From: an uncultured Alphaproteobacteria bacterium
GTDB taxonomy: Bacteria; Pseudomonadota; Alphaproteobacteria; ATCC43930; CGMCC-115725
Length of the DNA stretch: 64,000 nucleotides
Assembly (NCBI GenBank): GCA_963814865.1
Contig: CAWFEN010000009.1
Location: 167,041 to 231,040 of the forward strand
Direction: 5' to 3'
The translations under genes were made by a program, and so were the position numbers. The notes below the pieces were generated by a model, which had not been told where the DNA came from, did not search any database, and was given only the letters and a program-made list of their open reading frames with translations. Every line of letters starts with the position of its first letter. Position 1 is the first letter of the stretch. This document shows, in pieces, positions 42,222 through 51,188 of the stretch.

Positions 42222-42283
42222 GCGAAATCCCGGCGAACATGCGAAATCCCGGCGAACATGCGAAATCCCGGAACATGCCGACG
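42215..42283. repeat. 19-nt tandem repeat (3 full units plus a partial) that includes the ffh start codon
   Basis: cgaacatgcgaaatcccgg at 42215-42233, 42234-42252 and 42253-42271, then the partial aacatgccgacg. On the ffh strand each unit carries ATGTTCG. Confidence 0.9.
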
Positions 42284-42385
42284 AAAAACGCCAGTGCGCG
42301 AAACTCGCGGACTGGCGGCCCCGATCGGCGGCGGCGGATCGCTCGCTCCCCTCGGAAGCGCAGGGCGGAACCTAAGCCCGGCCGG

Positions 42386-42456
42386 GTGCCCTGTCAATTG
42401 CGCGCGCCCCGTTGTCAATCGCGTGCCCTGTCAATTGCGTGCCCTGTCAATTCGCG
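42386..42456. repeat. four approximately 17-nt direct repeats (core CCTGTCAATTGCG), candidate regulator binding sites
   Basis: gtgccctgtcaattgcg / gccccgttgtcaatcgcg / gtgccctgtcaattgc / gtgccctgtcaattcgcg, head-to-tail in the ffh / regulator intergenic region. Confidence 0.8.
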
Positions 42457-42663
42457 CGCCCGGAACCTCCGGATCGATCGCGATTGTTAAACATTGCTCT
42501 GGACAGGCGGCGATCGCGCGAGTAGCGTTCGAGCAAGTCGAAGACGGCCCCGGATTCTCTATCAAGACGCGAAACATCGCGCCCGGGCCGGCAACGGCGG
42601 CGGGGATCGGACTGATCGCCTTTCGGTTGAGAGGCCGTTCTCCGGAGCAGGGAGGTTTCACTC

Positions 42664-43440
42664 GTGCCCGTCGGCGTCAGCCCGGTGCGGGGTGCCGCAC
42701 CCAGGCCCAGCCTGGTGGCGAGAGGTGCCGTGGAGGCGAACGTCTCGCCAGACCAGCTCGCCGCGCATGACCGCGGCGGTGGGTCTCTGCGTCTGGCGGT
42801 CGTGTGGGAAGTGCGCTTTCTGGGCGAGGTCCTCGCCGAGAACCTCGAGCAGGATCCCCTGGTGTCGGTCGTCGGCGTGTGCACCGATCTCTCCGAGGCG
42901 GTCGCGCTGAGCCCTGCCTGGCAGGCGGATGTCGTTTTGCTCGACGCAAGGATTCCCGAGGGTCACGCCGCGGTCAGGCGCGCTCTCGATATTGCGCCCG
43001 GCATGCGCATCGTCGCGGCCGCGGTCCGAGAGACCGAAGACGACATCATTGCCTGGGCTGAGGCCGGGGTGATCGGCTATATCCCGAGAACCGCGGATCG
43101 GGCCGATTTCGTGCGCCTGATCAGGGATATTCACAGCGGCCAGCAGATCTGCTCGGGGCAGGTGGCCAACGGCCTGCTGCGCCGGATTGCTCTGACCGCC
43201 AGACGAAGCGCCGGCCGCAATGCAGCCCCGCCGGCACCCGCCCTGACCAAACGCGAGCAGCAGACCGCCGAATTGATCAGAAGCGGGCTCAGCGACAAGG
43301 AAATCGCCCGCCAGCTGAACATCAGCCTGGCGACGACGAAGTCGCATGTGCACAATTTGCTCAGCAAGCTGAACGTGCGGCGCCGCACCCAAGTTGCCGG
43401 CTGCCTGCGCGACTACGGTCAGGATCGGGCTGCGAATTAG
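42664..43440 (+). CDS. LuxR/FixJ-type regulator with an atypical receiver-like domain
   Basis: C-terminal LuxR HTH: LTKREQQTAELIRSGLSDKEIARQLNISLATTKSHVHNLLSKL. The N-terminal receiver-like region has VVWEV instead of the acidic pair but retains VVLLDARIP. GTG at 42664 has GGGAGG 8 nt upstream. Confidence 0.7.
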   Translation: MPVGVSPVRGAAPRPSLVARGAVEANVSPDQLAAHDRGGGSLRLAVVWEVRFLGEVLAENLEQDPLVSVVGVCTDLSEAVALSPAWQADVVLLDARIPEGHAAVRRALDIAPGMRIVAAAVRETEDDIIAWAEAGVIGYIPRTADRADFVRLIRDIHSGQQICSGQVANGLLRRIALTARRSAGRNAAPPAPALTKREQQTAELIRSGLSDKEIARQLNISLATTKSHVHNLLSKLNVRRRTQVAGCLRDYGQDRAAN

Positions 43441-43473
43441 CGCAGATTCCAATCAGATCGAACCATCCCCCAC

Positions 43474-43714
43474 GTCACCCCCGCGAATGAGCCGTCGCTC
43501 CCGCGCAAGCGGGGGTGAAGAAACGCCAATGGCTGTCATTCCGGGGCGCGGGCACCGTCCGCGAGCCCGGAACCTATGCACACCAGCCAGCGCGCACGGG
43601 ACGGCCCGTGCCCATGGGTTCCGGGCCGGTCCCTTCGGGCCATCCCGGAATGACACCGGCAGAGAGATCAGTCCGCTCCCACCGATCCTGCATCGGCTCA
43701 TTCGCGGGGGTGAC
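43474..43714. repeat. 241-bp nested palindromic (MITE/REP-like) element
   Basis: Perfect 21-bp terminal inverted repeats gtcacccccgcgaatgagccg (43474-43494) and cggctcattcgcgggggtgac (43694-43714). Inner inverted pairs gtcattccggg/cccggaatgac and cccggaacctatg/catgggttccggg. Confidence 0.85.
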
Positions 43715-43899
43715 GACCCGAACCGGCCCGATCGTCAAGCCGGCGGCGGAAGCCTGCCGGGCCGCGGTGGATTTAGACCCATCAACAATAGGTCTAAACC
43801 TTGTCCTCCATCCGATTTCAATCTTAGGATCGATAGCATCGCTCTTTCGCTCTGGCAAACTCAACCACTGATTTAGAACCCAGCAGGGGTGGGGGAGCA

Positions 43900-45571
43900 A
43901 TGAGCAGAAAGCGGAATATCGGCGGGCTAGCGGCGATCGGCGGGGCGGCCGCGGCGATCGTGCTGCTGGCGGGACTTCCCGGGGCACGCGCCGACCAGCT
44001 GTCGGACCTGCAGGCCAATCAGCAGCTCCTGCAGCAGCGAGTCGACCAGCTGGCCCAGGCGCAGGAACTGCCGGAACAGAAAATTTCCCCCGGCCTGCCG
44101 GGGGCGATGGGCACCGCGGCGGTGCCGGGCCAGTCCATGGCCGGCGGCAGCTTCCCGCGCTCCTTCCTGATCCCGGGCACCGACACCTCGATCCGCGTCG
44201 GCGGCTTTGTCGACATCACCGCGCTCGACTTTCTGACCGGCGGCGGCGCCGTCCCGGGCAGCAACGAGGGCACCAACGCCGGCCAGAACGGCAATCTGCA
44301 TTCGATCCCGGTCGGCGAAGCCTTCGTCCCCGGCGCCCAGGTCGGAACCAATCGCCCCGGCGTCATCCCGCAATCGGTCAACGTGTCGAAGGGCAATGGC
44401 GTCTTCGAGGCCAGCCCGCAGCAGTCGAGGCTCAACGTCGAGACCCGCACCCCGACAGCCTGGGGCGAGTTCGCGGACGTTTTTCGAGTTCGACTGGTCC
44501 GGCTGCAGCGCCGGCGGCAACTACACCTGCCAAAGCCTGGCGCAGGGCGGCGGCTCCAGCATCCTGCCGCGGCTACGCTTCGCCTACGGCACGTTGGGCG
44601 GGTTCCTCGCCGGCCAGGCGATCTCGAACTTCTCCGACGCCGACGCCGACACCGAATCGATGGATTTCGGCGGCATCGAAGGCTCGACCGGCGGCATGCG
44701 CATCCCGCAGGTGCGCTACACCCTGGCCGGCCCGTATGGCAGCGCCTTCTCGTTTTCGGCGGAAATCCCGTACACCGAGCTGATCCTGCCGGGCGGCACC
44801 GTCGGTTCGGACACCCCCACCACCCAGAGTGCGAGTCCGAGCCAGACCACTCCGCCGGCGGGGATCGTCGGCCCGACCTGCAACGGCATGCCCTGCACCA
44901 ACGCGGGACTCGGGCAAGCCAACCCGGCCAAGAATACCGCGCCCAGCCTGACCGTCGCCAACTACTGGTCGCAGCCCTGGGGGCATGTCGATCTGGCCGG
45001 CGTGCTGACCTTCCCCGACGTCGATGACGGCGCCTTCATCAGCCAGCATTTCATCGGCTATGGCGGGCATTTCGCCGGCGACGTGCATCCCGGCTGGTTC
45101 GGCTGGGCCAAGGACGACTTCCTGTTCAGCTTCGTCGCCGGCACCGGCATCGGCAACTACCTGAGCGGCGGTGAGAGCACGCTGTTCCAGCTCGGCAGCA
45201 ACTTCACCACCACCACCAAATGCGCGACGCCGACGCCGACCTGCCAGAACGGGTTCGCGGCGTCGAACATCATCTTCAAGCCGATCTCCGGGTTCAGCAC
45301 CAATGGCGGCTACCAGCACTGGTGGTCGCCGAATTTGCGGTCGACGATCGCGATCGGCGAGGCCCAGCAATACGTCAGCTCGCAGCTGATCGGGCCGACC
45401 GAGGCCAACTCGGCGAACAAGGTGTTGTGGGACGCCCTGATCAACCTGGTGTGGAACCCGGTCTCGTTCATCACCACCGGCGTCCAGTACATGTATGGCA
45501 AACGCGTCCTCGTCTCGAACGCGACCGGCACCGAGCATGTGCTCGTCGCCAAGTGGCGCGTCGCTTTCTGA
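43900..45571 (+). pseudogene. outer-membrane porin with one frame disruption (or sequencing error)
   Basis: Signal peptide MSRKRNIGGLAAIGGAAAAIVLLAGLPGARA, a coiled-coil segment, and a C-terminal ..LVAKWRVAF* beta-barrel terminus. ..RTPTAWGE is in one frame and RTFFEFDWSGC.. in another, with an extra T near 44468-44472. Confidence 0.65.
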
Positions 45572-45658
45572 GGAAGCATCCGCCACCCGGCCCCGGCACC
45601 CCCGGCCGGGGCCGGGTGGGCGTGTGAAGACCGGCCGGGCGAATTGGAGGAGCAGGCG

Positions 45659-46174
45659 ATGATCCAGCTCATCGAAGGTCTTCCTCGAAACGTGGTAGGC
45701 ATCGTCGTCACGGGCCGGGTGACGAAGGAAGACTGCCGCGACGTGCTGGCTCCGGCGATGGAGAAATCGCTTAGGCGGCACGAGAAGATCCGGCTCTACT
45801 ACGAGCTCAGCGCACGCTTTCCGGGCGCTGCGTGGGAGGACCTCGATCTCGGGATCGAGCACATGTCACGATGCGAGCGGGTTGCGATCGTCACCGATGT
45901 CGGCTGGGTCAGGCTTACCGTAAAGGCGCTTCGCTTTTTGATCCCCGGCGAGATCCGGGTGTTCGCAACCATCCAGGCGCCGGAGGGCCGCGCCTGGATC
46001 TCCGCCCGTCCCGGATCTCGGGAAAGCGCGGACGATGCCGCGCCGGCTCGGACGGGCCCGGCTTCACCGCGGCGAGCGCGGCGACCGCCCGCAAGGGTGC
46101 TCCCGCCGGCCGCGAGCCAACAGCAGAGGCTCGAGCGGGTCATGGCCATGTCGAACCATGAGGACCGCCGGTGA
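45659..46174 (+). CDS. STAS/SpoIIAA-like (DUF3478-type) protein
   Basis: MIQLIEGLPRNVVGIVVTGRVTKEDCRDVL..KIRLYYELSARFPGAAWEDLDLGIEH..ERVAIVTDVGWV. GGAGGAG lies upstream. The Arg/Pro-rich tail may be over-extended. Confidence 0.5.
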   Translation: MIQLIEGLPRNVVGIVVTGRVTKEDCRDVLAPAMEKSLRRHEKIRLYYELSARFPGAAWEDLDLGIEHMSRCERVAIVTDVGWVRLTVKALRFLIPGEIRVFATIQAPEGRAWISARPGSRESADDAAPARTGPASPRRARRPPARVLPPAASQQQRLERVMAMSNHEDRR

Positions 46175-46212
46175 CATGCGCCGCGGCGCCCTCTCGGTGA
46201 GGGAACGCCGGG

Positions 46213-47313
46213 TCACCCGACGCCGAATCGCGCGATCGACTCCTCGTTGAATTTAAGGCCTAGGCCGGGGGCGGCCGGCATCGCCAGCAGGCCGTTCTGC
46301 GGGGCCGGGACTTCCTCCCACAAATGGAACAGGCGCGGCATGTATTCGACGGTCAGGCCGTTCGGGACCGCGCCGACCAGATGCAGGTGGATCTCAGGGA
46401 CGCCGTGGCTGACCACCGGCAGGTTGAAGGCCTCGGCCATGCCGGCGATCTTGAGCCACGGTGTCACGCCGCCGGAGCGCACCTGGTCGATCATCACGAT
46501 ATCGACCGAGCGGGCTTCGAGCATGTGGCGGAACGGCACGACGCCGTAAAGGTATTCGCCGCCGGCGACCGGTGTCGCCAAGGCTGCGCTGACCCGCGCG
46601 AGCCCGGCGTAATCGTCGTGCGTCGTCACGTCCTCGAGCCAGTAGAGGCCGACCCCGGCATCCTCGACCCGGCGGCCGATGTCGATCGCCTGCTCCGGCC
46701 GCCAGCGCTGGTTGATGTCGCACATCAGATCCATGTCGGGACCGACCGCCCGGCGGATCAGCCGGGCCTGCTCGACCTCGCGCGCCGGTGAGGTGACGCC
46801 CGGCAGGCCGAGCTGCATCTTGGCTTGGCGATGGCCTTTCGCGCGCAGCCTCTCGGCCGCGGTGACCGCCTCGTCGAGCTTCAAGCCGCGGCGCAACGCC
46901 CCGCTCGCATAGGTCGCGATATGGTCGCGCCCGCCGCCGAGCAGCTTCCATAACGGCAGGCCGAGCGCCTTGCCCTTGATGTCCCACAGCGCGACATCGA
47001 TCGCCGACAATGCCATCAGGAAGATCCCGGCCGGCCCGGCCGAGAGCGCCGCCGCGCGCAATTTGGCGGCGACCGCCTCGACCCGCATCGGGTCTTCGCC
47101 GATCGCCAGCATGCCCAATTCGTCGACGGCGTGGCGCAGGGTGCGGGTCAGCGCGCCGCCGAAATAGGTGACGCCGATGCCCTCGACCCCGTCATCGGTG
47201 CCGAGCCGCAGCCAGACGATCGGGTTCTTCGCGTTCGGGTTCTCCGAAAACCCGGCGAGCGGCTCGTCGTTCGGCAGGGCGACGATGCCGGTCTCGACCT
47301 TCGAGATTTTCAT
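46213..47313 (-). CDS. mandelate racemase/muconate lactonizing enzyme (enolase superfamily) protein, paralog 1
   Basis: MKISKVETGIVALPNDEPL.., LMCDINQRW, WLEDV and GGEYLYG metal-ligand region; 366 aa. The ATG overlaps the paralog 2 stop (ATGA). Confidence 0.85.
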   Translation of the reverse strand: MKISKVETGIVALPNDEPLAGFSENPNAKNPIVWLRLGTDDGVEGIGVTYFGGALTRTLRHAVDELGMLAIGEDPMRVEAVAAKLRAAALSAGPAGIFLMALSAIDVALWDIKGKALGLPLWKLLGGGRDHIATYASGALRRGLKLDEAVTAAERLRAKGHRQAKMQLGLPGVTSPAREVEQARLIRRAVGPDMDLMCDINQRWRPEQAIDIGRRVEDAGVGLYWLEDVTTHDDYAGLARVSAALATPVAGGEYLYGVVPFRHMLEARSVDIVMIDQVRSGGVTPWLKIAGMAEAFNLPVVSHGVPEIHLHLVGAVPNGLTVEYMPRLFHLWEEVPAPQNGLLAMPAAPGLGLKFNEESIARFGVG

Positions 47314-48419
47314 CGCGCCGCTCCGTAGCGCCGGATCGCATCGCGGTTGAAGGCGAGGCCGAGGCCGGGGCGGTCGGACAACGCCAGCTCGCCGCTTTTG
47401 GGGTCGAATTCGGCGACGCCGTCGAACAGCGTCAGCATCCAGCCCATGTATTCGACGGTCAGCCCGTTCGGCACCGCCGCGACGAGATGGGCGTGGATCT
47501 CCGGGATAACATGGCTGACCACCGGCAGGTTGAAGGCTTCGGCCATGCCGGCGATTTTCAACCACTGGGTGATGCCGCCGGCGCGGATCAGGTCGATCAT
47601 GACGTAGTCGACCGCGCGCGCCTCGATCATGTGACGGAACGGGACGATGCCGTAGACCAGCTCGCCGCCGCAGATCGGGGTCGACAGAGCTGCGTTGACG
47701 CGGGCGATGCCGGCGTAATCGTCGTGCGCGGTCACGTCTTCGAGCCAGAAGAGGCCGACCCCGGCATCCTCGACGCGCCGGCCGATGTCGATCGCCTGCT
47801 CGACCCGCCAGCGCTGGTTGATGTCGCACATCAGGCTGATGTCGGGGCCGATCGCCTCGCGCACCCGCCGCATGCGCTCGACCTCGGTGGCGGGCGAGGT
47901 GTCGCCCGGCAGGGCGAGCTGGGTCTTCATCTCGCGGAAGCCCTTGTCCCTGAGCCGGCCGGCCGCGGCCACGACCTCGTCGAGCGCCAGGTTGCGCCGC
48001 AAGGATCCGCTCGCATAGGTTGCAATCCGCTGGCGCGCCCCGCCGAGGAGTTTCCACAATGGCTGGTTCAGCGCCTTGCCGCGGATGTCCCACAAGGCGA
48101 TGTCGATCGCCGAGAGCGCCAGGGTGAACATGCCGGCGGGTCCCGAGCCGCCGGCCGCGGCGCGCAATTTGGCGATGATCGCTTCGAGGCGGTGCGGGTC
48201 GTCACCGATGATCAAGGCACCGAGATCGTCGATCGCGCGCTTCAGGCTCGCGGTCATAGCCCCGCCGTAAAAGGTCACGGCGATGCCCTCGATGCCGTCG
48301 TCGGTGCCGATTTCGACGATCACGATCGGCCGCGCCGCATTCGGGTTTTCCGGCGTGCCGGCGAGCGGATCGGCCTCGGGCAGCACCAGGATCTGCGAGC
48401 GGATGCTGGATATCTTCAT
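47310..48419 (-). CDS. mandelate racemase/muconate lactonizing enzyme family protein, paralog 2
   Basis: MKISSIRSQILVLPEADPL.., LMCDINQRW, WLEDV, GGELVYG; 369 aa. Confidence 0.85.
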   Translation of the reverse strand: MKISSIRSQILVLPEADPLAGTPENPNAARPIVIVEIGTDDGIEGIAVTFYGGAMTASLKRAIDDLGALIIGDDPHRLEAIIAKLRAAAGGSGPAGMFTLALSAIDIALWDIRGKALNQPLWKLLGGARQRIATYASGSLRRNLALDEVVAAAGRLRDKGFREMKTQLALPGDTSPATEVERMRRVREAIGPDISLMCDINQRWRVEQAIDIGRRVEDAGVGLFWLEDVTAHDDYAGIARVNAALSTPICGGELVYGIVPFRHMIEARAVDYVMIDLIRAGGITQWLKIAGMAEAFNLPVVSHVIPEIHAHLVAAVPNGLTVEYMGWMLTLFDGVAEFDPKSGELALSDRPGLGLAFNRDAIRRYGAAR

Positions 48420-48443
48420 CGCATCACCTCTGCCGTTCCGGCG

Positions 48444-49544
48444 TCACGCGACGCGGAACCGATTGATCGCGGCCTTGTCGAATTTGAGACCGAGACCGGG
48501 CGCGGCCGGCATCGCCAGCTCGCCGTTCTGCGGCAGCGGGACCGCTTCGAACAAATGCATCAGCCACGGCATGTATTCGACCGTCAGCCCGTTCGGGATC
48601 GCCCCGATCAGGTGGACATGGACCTCGGGGATCAGGTGGCTGACGACCGGCAGGTTGAAGGCCTCGGCCATGCCGGCGACCTTGAGCCATTGGGTGATCC
48701 CGCCGACCCGCACCAGGTCGATCATGACGATATCGACCGAGCGGGCTTCGAGCATGTGGCGGAACGGCACGATGCCCCAGACGTATTCGCCGCCGGCAAC
48801 GGGCGTCGACAATGCCGCGGTGATGCGGGCGAGGCCGGCAAAATCGTCGGCCGTGGTCACGTCTTCGAGCCAGAAGAGGCCAACTCCGGCATCCTCGACC
48901 CGCCTGCCGATGTCGATCGCCTGCTCGACCCGCCAGCGCTGGTTGATGTCGCACATCAGCTTGATATCGGGGCCGATCGCGTCCCTCACCCGGCGCATGC
49001 GCTCGACCTCCTTGGCGGGCGTGGTCTCGCCGGGCAATGCCATCTGCGTCTTCATCTCGCGCCAGCCCTTGTCCTTCAGGGTGGCCGCCGCCTGCACCAC
49101 CCGGTCGAGCGGGAGGCCGCGCATCAAGGCGCCGCTGGCATAGGTCGGGACCCGCTCGCGCGCGCCGCCGAGCAATTTCCACAACGGCAGGTTCAGCGCC
49201 TTGCCGCGCAGGTCCCACAAGGCCATGTCGATCGCCGAGTGAGCCAGGTTGAAGATGCCGCCCGGCCCGGCCGAGCCCGCCGCCGCGCGCAATTTGGCCG
49301 CGACCGCCTCGACCCGCACCGGGTCCTCGCCGATGGCGAGCGCCCCCAGCTCCTCGACCGCGCGCTTCAGGGTGCCGGTCAGCGCCCCGGCGAAATAGGT
49401 CACCCCGACCCCGACCGCGCCGTCATCGGTTTCGACCTCGAGGGTGACGATCGGGCGGGTGCCGTTCGGGTTTTCCGCCGCGCCGGCGAGCGGCTCGTCG
49501 GCCGGGAGCGCCACAATGTCGGCGCGGATGCCGGTGATCTTCAT
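48444..49544 (-). CDS. mandelate racemase/muconate lactonizing enzyme family protein, paralog 3
   Basis: MKITGIRADIVALPADEPL.., LMCDINQRW, WLEDV, GGEYVWG; 366 aa. Confidence 0.85.
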   Translation of the reverse strand: MKITGIRADIVALPADEPLAGAAENPNGTRPIVTLEVETDDGAVGVGVTYFAGALTGTLKRAVEELGALAIGEDPVRVEAVAAKLRAAAGSAGPGGIFNLAHSAIDMALWDLRGKALNLPLWKLLGGARERVPTYASGALMRGLPLDRVVQAAATLKDKGWREMKTQMALPGETTPAKEVERMRRVRDAIGPDIKLMCDINQRWRVEQAIDIGRRVEDAGVGLFWLEDVTTADDFAGLARITAALSTPVAGGEYVWGIVPFRHMLEARSVDIVMIDLVRVGGITQWLKVAGMAEAFNLPVVSHLIPEVHVHLIGAIPNGLTVEYMPWLMHLFEAVPLPQNGELAMPAAPGLGLKFDKAAINRFRVA

Positions 49545-49561
49545 CGGGCGGCCCTCCGGGT

Positions 49562-50347
49562 TCAGTTTTTGTAGCCGGGGTCGAGCCGATCGAGCATCCG
49601 CAGCAACGCCGGCCATTCGCGCTGGCCCTGGAGGCGCGGCATGTTGCCGGCAAACTGCGCAGCCTGGCGCTCGCAGGTGTCGGGCGACGGGACCACCATT
49701 TTGGCGCCGGAAGCGACGGCGGCCTGGATCTTCAGCTGCGCCTCGGCCGAGCGCTCGAAATGGTAGGTCAGCGAAAAGGCCTCGGCGACGTTGCGGCCGG
49801 TCGCCAACAGGCCGTGGTTGCGCAATACCAGCACCGGATGGCTGCCGATCGACTGCTGCAGCCGCTCGCGCTCGTCGAGGTCGAGCGAGACGCCCTCGTA
49901 ATCGTGATAGCCGAGCCGGTTGTAGAACCGCATCGCCCACTGGCTGAGCGGCAGCAGCCCCTCTTCCAAGGCGCCGACCGCGATGTCGGCCTCGGTATGG
50001 GTGTGGACCACGCACTCGACATCCGGCCGGCCGAGATAGATGGCACCGTGGATCACGACGCCGGCGTTGATCGGCTCGTATTCGGACGGCTCGATCAGGT
50101 GGCCGTCCGAAATATCGACCTTCAGCAGGTTCGAGGCGGTGATCTCGTCGAACATCAGCCCGGAGGGGTTGATCAGCATCTGGCCGGGGTGGCCCGGCAC
50201 CCGCGCCGAATTATGGGTCAGCACCAGATCGTCCCAGCCGAAATGCGCGATCAGCCGGTAGCAGGCGGCGAGATCGACCCGCACCCGCCATTCCTCCGCG
50301 CTGATATGCACCGGCCGGTGCGAGACATTGGCTTCAAGCGTGTCCAT
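49562..50347 (-). CDS. class II aldolase/adducin family protein
   Basis: MDTLEANVS..RVDLAACYRLIAHFGWDD.., VVHTHTEA.. and VLVLRNHGLLATG. 17 nt upstream of paralog 3. Confidence 0.8.
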   Translation of the reverse strand: MDTLEANVSHRPVHISAEEWRVRVDLAACYRLIAHFGWDDLVLTHNSARVPGHPGQMLINPSGLMFDEITASNLLKVDISDGHLIEPSEYEPINAGVVIHGAIYLGRPDVECVVHTHTEADIAVGALEEGLLPLSQWAMRFYNRLGYHDYEGVSLDLDERERLQQSIGSHPVLVLRNHGLLATGRNVAEAFSLTYHFERSAEAQLKIQAAVASGAKMVVPSPDTCERQAAQFAGNMPRLQGQREWPALLRMLDRLDPGYKN

Positions 50348-50422
50348 TTTCGATATTTCCTCGTTGCAACATTTTTGCGGATTTTCGTGGGTACGGCGCC
50401 ACCGCGGCGGTGGCACACTTTG

Positions 50423-51188
50423 TTACGCCGCCAGCCGCTCGGCGAATTGTTCGCGTTGCGACCATAGGGCCGGGCGAACCTGGTAGACCTCCAGCGCTTC
50501 GATCACGTCCCCGCCAACATTGCGCTCGCGATCGTTCAAGAATGCATACGCTTCGGCTCCCCCCCGACCGTCGCGCGTATCCGTGAGGACGAAGAGATAA
50601 CTTCCGATCGAACTTTTGTTCGGCGCGTTGATAGCCTGAACCAAGCGCTCGGGGGCCTCCGGTGACCGAGGTATCAAAAAATCGATCGCATGGTCATAAC
50701 CGGTGCGGCCAGCGAGCTTTACGCGGGGGCTGTAGCGGACCCGGTGCTCGTCTAGGAAATCTCGCACATCTTCCCAAAAGAACGTGGCAACTCTCGGCTG
50801 CGCCATAACAAACATATCGTTTAGAGCTAACATTGCCTGAACGAGAGAATGCACGCGCTGGCCTAAGTTACGGGGCGACGCTTCGACCAACAGACGGTCA
50901 CCTTCGAGTTGGATGCCGAATCCGAGGAGCGCCGTTTCAACGATATTTTTACGCTTTGGTGTGTTTAGCTCCAGTCCGCTCGTCCGCAAATCAGAGAGAA
51001 TATAGCCGTCGTCCGACAGGATGAATTTGCCGTTTTGGCGTACGGCGTAGATCTGAATGTGATCATTGTGCCGATCCAGGAAGGGGGTCGGTCAGTTCGC
51101 AAGCCTCCCCGACACTCTCCGCAGAAATTCCGCGGCGAAGCCATTCCACATAAGCGTCAACGAGCTGGCGACACTCTTCCTTGATCAT
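50423..51188 (-). pseudogene. DUF1828/DUF1829-like protein, frame broken in a C5 run (or sequencing error)
   Basis: MIKEECRQLVDAYVEWLRRGISAESVGEACELTDP | FLDRHNDHIQIYAVRQNGKFILSDDGYILSDLRTSGLELNTPKRKNIVETALLGFGIQ..YDHAIDFLIPRS... The switch is at the ggggg run 51084-51088. AT-richer than the surroundings. Confidence 0.6.

Noticed and set aside
42215-42456. Possible CRISPR array, given two sets of short direct repeats.
   Set aside because: The repeats are contiguous (19-nt and ~17-nt units) with no unique spacers, there are only 3-4 units, and no cas genes are present in the window.
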